Shown here: piece by piece, positions 8,269 through 15,243 of the stretch
How the letters are laid out: each line of letters opens with the position of its first letter
Position numbering within the stretch: position 1 is the first letter of the stretch
Source: Sulfolobaceae archaeon
Lineage (GTDB): Archaea > Thermoproteota > Thermoprotei_A > Sulfolobales > Sulfolobaceae
Direction: 5' to 3'
Length of the DNA: 24,000 nt
Assembly: GCA_038893355.1 (NCBI GenBank)
Contig: JAWARQ010000006.1
Coordinates: 32,054 to 56,053 of the forward strand
Position numbers and translations under genes: made by a program
The notes under the pieces: model-generated
Database searches by the model: none
What the model was told of the DNA's origin: nothing
Seen by the model: only the letters and a program-made list of their open reading frames with translations

Positions 8269-9323
8269 ACTATAATTATTTCATCTTGTTTTTTATTTAA
8301 TACGATTCCTCTTCCATTTAATATTACCATATCCTCTAATCTAATTCCAAATCTCCCTGGAAAGTAAATCCCTGGCTCTACAGTAAAAACCATTCTATTC
8401 TCTAATTTCTCGTTATAGTCAGGGGATAGAAATGGTGGTTCATGAACATCAATACCTATACCATGGCCAGTTCTATGAATAAATTTATCTCCATAGCCTT
8501 TAGAGGTAATATAATCTCTTGCAACCTTATCAGCCTCAAAACCCTTAATCCCTTCTACTAGATTATCTTCTACTAAATCTTTTGCATTCCTTACTATCTC
8601 AAATATTTTTAAAGCAAAAGCATCAGAAGGAGGCCCTAATGAAAGTGTTCTAGTTATGTCACTACAATAACCCTTATACTTCACTCCATAATCAATAATT
8701 ATTATGTCGCCCTTGTGTATCTTTCTGTTAGTATTCCTTAAATGTGGAATACTAGTATTTTCTGCAGAAGTCGTTATCGGATCAAAAGAAGGCTCTATGC
8801 CTAATTCTATCATTATTTTTCTTAACTCGATAGACAATTGAATTTCTGTCATTCCTTCTTTTATTCTATTTATAAATTCCTCAAAAACATTTTCAGCAAG
8901 CTTTACTGCACTTTCTATCCTTAATATTTCTTCTTCGTCCTTGCGCATCCTTAACTTTTTCATAGTGTCAGAAACAAGATCTATCGAAGATGGTTTTAAC
9001 TTATGGATTAGTTTAATTAAGAATCTTGAATGTAATGTCTCATCTACGAGTAATTTAAGACCAGTCTTAAGGTGTATTTTTTCATAAGGATCTTCACCAT
9101 CAAGGTAGGTGATTATGGGTAATCTTAATTGTGAGAGTTGCTCTTCATACATCTTTGGTGCTAGTATAAATTCTTCATCTTTAGTTACAAATAATAGTAT
9201 TGGCCTTTCCATAACTTCTTCCGTGAAGTCGATTAGGTATAGCATATTACTGCCAGGCTGAATTACTACAATTTCATCTTCTCTAATTAAGTTCCTGAGT
9301 TTAGCAATATTATTTTTAGCCAT
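8265..9323 (-). CDS. M24B Xaa-Pro dipeptidase/aminopeptidase (prolidase-like)
   Basis: 352 aa. Creatinase-like N-terminal domain plus a pita-bread fold. Metal ligands lie in IIDYGVKYKGYCSDITRT, HRTGHGIGIDVHEPP, VEPGIY and RLEDMV. Confidence 0.85.
   Translation of the reverse strand: MAKNNIAKLRNLIREDEIVVIQPGSNMLYLIDFTEEVMERPILLFVTKDEEFILAPKMYEEQLSQLRLPIITYLDGEDPYEKIHLKTGLKLLVDETLHSRFLIKLIHKLKPSSIDLVSDTMKKLRMRKDEEEILRIESAVKLAENVFEEFINRIKEGMTEIQLSIELRKIMIELGIEPSFDPITTSAENTSIPHLRNTNRKIHKGDIIIIDYGVKYKGYCSDITRTLSLGPPSDAFALKIFEIVRNAKDLVEDNLVEGIKGFEADKVARDYITSKGYGDKFIHRTGHGIGIDVHEPPFLSPDYNEKLENRMVFTVEPGIYFPGRFGIRLEDMVILNGRGIVLNKKQDEIIIV
9307..9318 (+). promoter_or_regulatory. TATA-like box for the HDAC-family gene, embedded in the first codons of the divergent prolidase gene
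   Basis: atattattttta lies 23-34 nt upstream of ATG 9341. The intergenic gap is only 17 bp. Confidence 0.35.
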
Positions 9324-9340
9324 GAATTATAATTTATCAT

Positions 9341-10324
9341 ATGGTTCCAATTATATTTTCTGATATTTATCTTTATCATAAACCGAGAGTAAATCATGTT
9401 GAAAATCCTACAAGATTAGTTAGAATTATTAAGAGTTTAGAACTTAAAGAAATTATTAAACCCAGTAAAGTAACGCTTAAGGATGTAGAGATAATACATG
9501 ATAAGGAATACATAGAGCTGGTTGAAGCATCTTCAAGATACGAAGAATGGCTAGATGATGACACCTATACTAATTCTTTCACGATAGAATCTGCACTTTA
9601 CGCTTTAGGTGGAACGCTCAAGGCTATGGAATTAAATGGATTTGCAATAGTAAGACCACCTGGTCATCATGCAGGGAAGAGTGGTAGAGCCCTTGGCGCT
9701 CCAACATTAGGTTTTTGTATATTTAATAATGTGGCTTTTGGTATTAAGAAATCTAGCGCTAAAAGAGCTGTAATAATAGACTTTGATGTTCATTACGGAA
9801 ATGGAACGCAAGAGATATTTTGGGACGATCCAAATGTAGTTCATATTGATATTCATCAAGATCCTATGACACTTTACCCTGGAACTGGTTTTCCAGAAAT
9901 GATTGGGGGTGAAGGTGCTGAGGGTACGAAGATTAATCTTATATTACCACCTTTAAGTTCTGATGACGTCTACCTAGAACTAATTCCTATAATCCAAGAA
10001 ATTATAGATGACTTTAAGCCAGATATAATTGCGTACTCTGCAGGATTTGATGCATTTGAAGGTGATGGACTAGCAGATATTATGGCAACAGAAGCTACTT
10101 ATTATCATTTAGGTTTAATCTCTAAAGGTTATAAAAGATTTGCAGTGTTAGAGGGTGGTTACAGTAGTGGGTTAGAAAGAGGAGTAAGGGCATTTATTGA
10201 TGGTCTTGATGGTCTTGATAAGGATTATAAACCTAAAAGTACTAAGGAAAGTGTAAAATCCATATTTAGAGAATATCTTAAAACCGAAAAGGATATCCTT
10301 AAAAAGTATTGGAAGATCACATAA
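9341..10324 (+). CDS. Histone deacetylase-family Zn amidohydrolase (AcuC / acetylpolyamine or protein-lysine deacetylase-like)
   Basis: 327 aa. Motifs: RPPGHHA, DFDVHYGNGTQ, SAGFDAFEGD, LEGGY. Confidence 0.85.
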   Translation: MVPIIFSDIYLYHKPRVNHVENPTRLVRIIKSLELKEIIKPSKVTLKDVEIIHDKEYIELVEASSRYEEWLDDDTYTNSFTIESALYALGGTLKAMELNGFAIVRPPGHHAGKSGRALGAPTLGFCIFNNVAFGIKKSSAKRAVIIDFDVHYGNGTQEIFWDDPNVVHIDIHQDPMTLYPGTGFPEMIGGEGAEGTKINLILPPLSSDDVYLELIPIIQEIIDDFKPDIIAYSAGFDAFEGDGLADIMATEATYYHLGLISKGYKRFAVLEGGYSSGLERGVRAFIDGLDGLDKDYKPKSTKESVKSIFREYLKTEKDILKKYWKIT

Positions 10325-10327
10325 TAG

Positions 10328-11185
10328 TTAGCAGGTATAATAACATTTTAGTGCAATATTGACAGAAGCGTTATAATCTCTATCAGCCTTCATTCCGCAT
10401 GATGGACAATAGAAGATTGAACCATAAACCTCACCATTCTTATAACCACAGTTTGAGCATATTTTAGAAGTAGCATATGCTTCAATTCTTTTATACTTTA
10501 TACCGCGGTAATATAGGCCCTTCTCTACTAAATTTTGAATAGACTTAAGTACCATTCCCCTTCTACCCTCAAATTCAGTTAGATCCTCTACTGCTACTAT
10601 CTTAGGATATAAACTTTCTATATAATTAATCACATCCTCAGCTATTTTTTGAATATATTTCCTTATTTTTTCTAGTTCTATAAAGGATTGTGGAGTTCCT
10701 ATAAATTTTGTTATATCTTCCGTAATTTCCTCTCCACTCCAAAATCTATACTTCCATACCTTTAAACCCTTTAATGCAACTACACTTACTATATTCCTTA
10801 TTCCAAAATCAATTCCAACAACGCTTTTCTCCCTCTCATATGCTAACAATACTTTTGTCCCCCTCTTTTTATCTATCTCGATAATTGCATATTTTGGTAT
10901 TCCAACTCTATTTGATTTTACTAATATATTTAATCTCTTTAACATATAAGGGTTATTTCCTTGAATATCAATTGGACCTATCTTTACCTTATCCTCCTCA
11001 ATGACTACTGGATACCCTTCTATATATGGGGGCCCTATTCCTCTTACTTTTTCATTTAATTTTTTAAGTGTGCTAATATAGTTTAGGTAATATAAGATAT
11101 CATTCTGAATCTTATCTAGCTTACCCTTTGAAATTATTACTGACTCATATAATTCATCTTCCATAACTGAAATCTCTTTGCTCAT
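10328..11185 (-). CDS. Miniature TnpB-like (IS200/IS605 OrfB / Cas12-related) RuvC + zinc-ribbon nuclease homologue
   Basis: 285 aa. RuvC-I VVGIDFGIRN (D126). RuvC-II IVAVEDL (E200). YATSKICSNCGY...YCPSCG is a CxxC...CxxC zinc ribbon. RuvC-III ADRDYNASVNIA. The ATG overlaps the upstream gene stop (ATGA). No TnpA is present in the window. Confidence 0.8.
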   Translation of the reverse strand: MSKEISVMEDELYESVIISKGKLDKIQNDILYYLNYISTLKKLNEKVRGIGPPYIEGYPVVIEEDKVKIGPIDIQGNNPYMLKRLNILVKSNRVGIPKYAIIEIDKKRGTKVLLAYEREKSVVGIDFGIRNIVSVVALKGLKVWKYRFWSGEEITEDITKFIGTPQSFIELEKIRKYIQKIAEDVINYIESLYPKIVAVEDLTEFEGRRGMVLKSIQNLVEKGLYYRGIKYKRIEAYATSKICSNCGYKNGEVYGSIFYCPSCGMKADRDYNASVNIALKCYYTC

Positions 11186-11886
11186 AAAGATAAAATTTCT
11201 CCTAATTCTAAACTTCTGGCTTCAATACCCAAGTAATACTTTAAGGTGGAAGAGAATACATATCCATTAACTTCATAGATTTTATAATACTCTTCTATAT
11301 CCCTTATTCTAAATTTATTATAATAGTGTGCGAAGTAGAGGTTCGGCTCATCATCCCAGAATACAAGAAGAGAGGAGTTTAAGCTAGTTGAGTATGGGCC
11401 TAGCCTATTGATTACTTGCTTATAACTTTCTAATACGTCAAAAGTATTAAGTAAGTCGATGATCTCCATAAACACTAAGTAACTATCAGTCCTTTGGAGT
11501 TCTTTATATTTAAATACATCCCTTTTCACAGAGCCATTATGGGCAAAAAATAATTCCTTATCCTTTAAACTATAATAGTAAGGGTGATTATGTAATACAC
11601 CCAATAAAAATTCTTTACTAGCCCTCCTAGCATGTATAATTCCAACTACTTCATCACCCTTAATTATGTCAAGGATCTCTACAAGACTTTCATCTTGATA
11701 AATGGGCAATGTGGATTTATGGTAAAGTATCCTCCATTTAGACCCTTTTTTAATGTAACAAACAATACCCCAACCATGTGGATGCATTCCGTATCTAGAA
11801 TAGATATCATTCTCTGCAGACTTTACCAGAGCACTAACAAAACTTCTATTAATTTCCTTACTCCTAAATGCAAGCAATCTACACAT
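11182..11886 (-). CDS. Class-II (Ntn) glutamine amidotransferase-like protein (YafJ/EgtC-type)
   Basis: 234 aa. It begins MC (Cys2 is the nucleophile after Met removal). Motifs: HPHGWG, IHARRAS, NHPY, FAHNGSV. It overlaps the upstream MBL gene by 8 nt. Confidence 0.8.
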   Translation of the reverse strand: MCRLLAFRSKEINRSFVSALVKSAENDIYSRYGMHPHGWGIVCYIKKGSKWRILYHKSTLPIYQDESLVEILDIIKGDEVVGIIHARRASKEFLLGVLHNHPYYYSLKDKELFFAHNGSVKRDVFKYKELQRTDSYLVFMEIIDLLNTFDVLESYKQVINRLGPYSTSLNSSLLVFWDDEPNLYFAHYYNKFRIRDIEEYYKIYEVNGYVFSSTLKYYLGIEARSLELGEILSL

Positions 11887-12576
11887 TTATAACTAATCCA
11901 TCTTCAGCTATCAAAAATTTATTTCTTGCACCTTCAATAATATCTTTCTCTATCTGAGAGGGAATATGTGTAAGTATAACTCTCTTTTCTGAAAATAACG
12001 AGATTAAATCCCTCAATGAAGAATGTCCCCATTTTCTACAATTATCTAGACAGCTACACTCATGAATAATTAGATCAGCATCTTTAGCTTCTTTTATAAT
12101 TTCCTCACAGGGTTCTGAAGTATCCCCAGAATATAATATTTTTCTATTCTTATCTAAAATTATGTATGATACTGCATAAATACTATGACATGATGGTATA
12201 GAATAAATATACAAATCATCCAGTTTAAGCTTTGGTAAATTATCTTCATAAATTATTGCCTCTACATTATTTCCTGCTCTAATATACGATTCTAAAATCT
12301 TAGAAAAGCCTACTGGAGAATGTACTTTAATTACCGGTAAATTGGAAAGTTTTCTTTGAACTAGATGATCGAAAATTCCATTAAAGTGATCAATATGAAG
12401 ATGTGTTATCATTATCGCTTCGAAGTTGTAGAGATTATAATCATCAATTCTCATATTTGCACCTGTTCCTAAATCTAATATTACTGAATTATTACCAGAA
12501 TTGATATAAATAGATGATTTAAACCTCTTAGTCCCCTTTGTAGATCCTGCACCAGTTCCCAGAAATATAATCTTCA
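11879..12576 (-). CDS. MBL-fold metallo-hydrolase (short RNase Z/PhnP-like phosphodiesterase type)
   Basis: Motifs: MKIIFLGTGAGS, DLGTG, ITHLHIDHFNG (HxHxDH), SGDT, HEC, GHSS. The track ORF starts at TTG 12589. I prefer ATG 12576 because a TATA-like ttttttaaat (minus strand, 12603-12612) lies 27-36 nt upstream of it. Confidence 0.8.
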
Positions 12577-12602
12577 TATTCTCGGTCAAATTTACTTACG
12601 AG

Positions 12603-12612
12603 ATTTAAAAAA
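12603..12612 (-). promoter_or_regulatory. TATA-like box for the MBL / amidotransferase / mini-TnpB operon
   Basis: The minus strand reads ttttttaaat, 27-36 nt upstream of ATG 12576. It sits in the 37-50-nt gap after the nitrilase stop. Confidence 0.4.
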
Positions 12613-12626
12613 TTCCGTATTTACTT

Positions 12627-13667
12627 CTACTTATCCTTTAACTTTAATCTCTTAATTAGCTTTTCAAATTTTTCAAAACCTATATCTATAGTTTCATCTC
12701 TTAGTCCTAGAGCCTTTCGTTCTATAGGCTTTCTCTCTTTTGCTCTATATAGTATACTAGCTATATCCCATCTTGTATAATGACCTAATGAGTCGAAATA
12801 AGCCTTTACTGCAAGAATTTCGTCAGTACTAATTTCAGCTACGATTATTTTCTCTTCATTAATCTGCGGTTTAACTATATATAATCCTGCTGGATTAACT
12901 ACCGAACTTCCTCCTGCTGCAATATCGAATTGATACTCTGCAATAAGGTCTGAAGGCATATACATATTAGCACTAACTACGAACGCCTGAGCTTCGAAAG
13001 CATATTCCCTGATTGCACTATCAATATCGCATTTACTTATTTCATCCTTAGATGGGTCGAATCTTCTTTTGGCGCCAGGATGACCTTCTTGAACCCAATA
13101 ACCGGGCCATACTGCAATATGAATCTCTTCTCCCATAGATTGCAAAACTGCTTTAATTATGTTCATGTGATTTTCGTAGCATACTAATCCTCCTACCCTT
13201 ATTCCACTGAGACTGCTAATTCTTAAAGTGGTTCCATCACCCATCTTCCATATCATTCTTTCTCCATGTGTTGGCATTACTTTTCTATGAACATTAGTTA
13301 TTTTACCTTTTTCATTTATAAAAACTAAAGAATTATATAAACTTCTACTGCCCTCTCTAGGATCCTTTTCAGAAATTCCTAAAACTATACTTATTTCCCT
13401 TTCTCTAGATATATCTTTAATGCTTTCTAGATCAGTTTTAACATTTACCGAATTCTTGTAGTATTCAACCATCATTTCAGTCCATTTACTTATTGGCAAA
13501 ATTCCCCTCCAATATGGATAGCCAGGAATAAATGCCTCTGGAAACACTATTAGCTTAGCACCTTGTTTTGCAGCATCTTCTATTGCCTTACATGCTCTAT
13601 TTATAGTTCCTTCTTTGTTCATATAATCTGGAGCTATTTGCGCTATAGCTACTTTTATTATACTCAT
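12627..13667 (-). CDS. Nitrilase-superfamily carbon-nitrogen hydrolase (nitrilase branch-like)
   Basis: 346 aa. The Glu-Lys-Cys triad context is visible: VFPEAF, HRKVMP, GLVCYENH. A roughly 50-aa charged C-terminal tail follows. Confidence 0.85.
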   Translation of the reverse strand: MSIIKVAIAQIAPDYMNKEGTINRACKAIEDAAKQGAKLIVFPEAFIPGYPYWRGILPISKWTEMMVEYYKNSVNVKTDLESIKDISREREISIVLGISEKDPREGSRSLYNSLVFINEKGKITNVHRKVMPTHGERMIWKMGDGTTLRISSLSGIRVGGLVCYENHMNIIKAVLQSMGEEIHIAVWPGYWVQEGHPGAKRRFDPSKDEISKCDIDSAIREYAFEAQAFVVSANMYMPSDLIAEYQFDIAAGGSSVVNPAGLYIVKPQINEEKIIVAEISTDEILAVKAYFDSLGHYTRWDIASILYRAKERKPIERKALGLRDETIDIGFEKFEKLIKRLKLKDK

Positions 13668-13818
13668 AAATAATAAATTGTCATAATAATTTTTAAGGCT
13701 TTTCTTTATATTAGAATTTTTAATATGACTTAAAATAATAAATTATTTAATTATAGAAACTAAAAATATACTAAGAACTAAGATAAGAGTGAAGTACAGC
13801 CATTAAGTTTTTACCGTG

Positions 13819-13933
13819 GCGTAACTTACTTACTTTTAATTACTTCTAATTTTGCCACTGTCACCTATATAATAAACATGTCCATGATAAAAATACTAAT
13901 TAGAAGTGATTAAAAAATAGTTAAAAGTTACGC
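13819..13933. repeat. Long imperfect inverted repeat (potential 115-nt hairpin or cruciform)
   Basis: Hand-paired. The outer 9-bp stem is 13819-13827 (gcgtaactt) with 13925-13933 (aagttacgc). The inner 18-bp stem is 13834-13851 with 13898-13915 and has one T:G position. There is an internal loop and a 46-nt apical loop (13852-13897). Confidence 0.75.
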
Positions 13934-13939
13934 AGAAAT

Positions 13940-13959
13940 ATTACAGTCTCTACTGTAAT
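13940..13959. repeat. Perfect 8-bp stem / 4-nt loop palindrome
   Basis: attacagt-ctct-actgtaat, read directly from the sequence. It is followed by the palindrome aattag-a-ctaatt (13957-13969). Confidence 0.7.
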
Positions 13960-14045
13960 TAGACTAATTGCTAGCAGTCCTACTAAGCTGTGAGCTTATA
14001 TACTTTACGATACTCAAAATCATGGTAGCTTGTCTTCAGAAAATG

Positions 14046-14053
14046 ATTTATAA
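14046..14053 (+). promoter_or_regulatory. TATA-like box for the GT2-Cas4-like pair
   Basis: atttataa lies 24-31 nt upstream of ATG 14077. Confidence 0.4.
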
Positions 14054-14076
14054 TATAAATAATTCATTAAAAACAG

Positions 14077-15243
14077 ATGCTAGATATTATCATTATCTCA
14101 TTCGGTATTATTGCCTCGTCATGGAGTATATATAATTCAGTATTGGGAATTATAGGTGTTTTATGGAGGAAAAATTATGAAGAAAAGGAATTTAGTAGTG
14201 TTACTTTTTCTCTAATAATTCCCGCAAAGAATGAGGAGAAAGTCTTACCTAGATTACTGGATAGACTAGTTAATCAAGAGTATGATAAATCTAAATTGGA
14301 AATTATAGTAGTAGAAGATGGTTCTACAGATTCAACTCTTGAAATTTGTGAAAAGTATCGCAATAGGTACGATTTTATTAAATGTATTCACCTAGAGCCT
14401 GCAACGGTACCTAATGGTAAAAGTAGAGCATTAAACTACGCTTTAAAAATCTCAAGAGGTGATATTATAGGAATATTTGATGCGGATACAGTTCCTAAAC
14501 TGGATGATTTGGCTTATGTTGCGTCTAAATTTAAAGATGAAAGAGTTGCTGCGGTACAAGGTATGTTGTTACCAATTAATGTTAGAGAAAGTATTATTAG
14601 TAGGTTTGCTTCGATTGAGGAATTAATTTATGAATATTCAATTGCAGGTAGGGCTAGGTTAGGTTTTTTTATTCCTTTAGAGGGTACTCTAACTTTCATA
14701 AGAAAAGATGTGATAGAGAAATTGGGCGGCTTTAATGAATACTCACTTACTGAAGATTTAGATCTTAGCTTAAAATTAATTGCAAATGGTTATAAGATAG
14801 TATATTTACCCTCTGCAGTAGCCTGGAGAGAAGTCCCCATTAGCCTTAGATCTCTAATAAAGCAAAGGCTTAGATGGTATAGAGGTCATTTAGAGGTAAG
14901 AATAGGTAAAGTGAGATTAGATTGGAGAATAATTGATGGTGTATTAATTTTAGCCACGCCAATATTTATAGTTATGAATGTTGTGAATTATTCTATTGCA
15001 ATATTTTTCCCTAATTTCATAGTTATTGTTGCAGCGTTAATATCTGGAGTAGCGAGTATAATCTCCTTAGGCCTAGTTATTATAATTTCTAGACTTCATA
15101 TGATTGAATTTTTCTATTCTTTCCTAACCTTCTTTTATTTCAATTTAGTCTTAGGGTTAAATATGACTGCAATCTTTATGGAAATTATAAAGTATCCAAG
15201 GTTCTGGATAAAAACTGAAAGAAGTGGAGGGATAACTATTTGA
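14077..15243 (+). CDS. Membrane-embedded processive family-2 glycosyltransferase (cellulose/chitin/PNAG synthase-like)
   Basis: 388 aa. N-terminal TM helix. Motifs: IIPAKNEE, VEDGSTD, FDADT (DxD), TEDLDLS (TED), QRLRWYRG (QxxRW, the processive signature). Several C-terminal TM helices follow. Confidence 0.8.
   Translation: MLDIIIISFGIIASSWSIYNSVLGIIGVLWRKNYEEKEFSSVTFSLIIPAKNEEKVLPRLLDRLVNQEYDKSKLEIIVVEDGSTDSTLEICEKYRNRYDFIKCIHLEPATVPNGKSRALNYALKISRGDIIGIFDADTVPKLDDLAYVASKFKDERVAAVQGMLLPINVRESIISRFASIEELIYEYSIAGRARLGFFIPLEGTLTFIRKDVIEKLGGFNEYSLTEDLDLSLKLIANGYKIVYLPSAVAWREVPISLRSLIKQRLRWYRGHLEVRIGKVRLDWRIIDGVLILATPIFIVMNVVNYSIAIFFPNFIVIVAALISGVASIISLGLVIIISRLHMIEFFYSFLTFFYFNLVLGLNMTAIFMEIIKYPRFWIKTERSGGITI
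15226..15230 (+). promoter_or_regulatory. Shine-Dalgarno-like site for the operon-internal Cas4-like gene
   Basis: GGAGG sits inside the GT2 3' end, 9 nt upstream of TTG 15240. Confidence 0.4.

Noticed and set aside
10201-10219. Tandem 9-bp duplication gatggtctt x2 in the HDAC 3' region (encodes DGLDGLD)
   Set aside because: It is a short in-frame duplication within a coding tail, most simply explained by slippage. It is not evidence of an IS end or a regulatory repeat.
10328-11185. Calling this an active IS200/IS605 or IS1341-type mobile element
   Set aside because: There is no tnpA, no recognisable LE/RE hairpins and no spare flanking DNA (a 4-nt overlap upstream, a 3-bp gap downstream). 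I therefore annotated it as a CDS, not a mobile element.
11632-11892. 86-aa plus-strand ORF
   Set aside because: It is antisense to the N-terminal catalytic part of the class-II amidotransferase. It is a shadow ORF.
12577-12589. TTG start adding MTEN to the MBL hydrolase
   Set aside because: ATG 12576 gives the canonical MKIIFLGTG N-terminus and correct TATA spacing. The TTG extension is possible but less likely.
13668-14076. Possible tRNA, C/D-box sRNA or CRISPR leader/array in the large spacer
   Set aside because: There is no GC-rich cloverleaf-capable segment. C-box-like atgataa and gtgatta are present, but no CUGA D/D' boxes occur at the right positions. There are no regularly spaced direct repeats. 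Only the inverted-repeat structures are reported.
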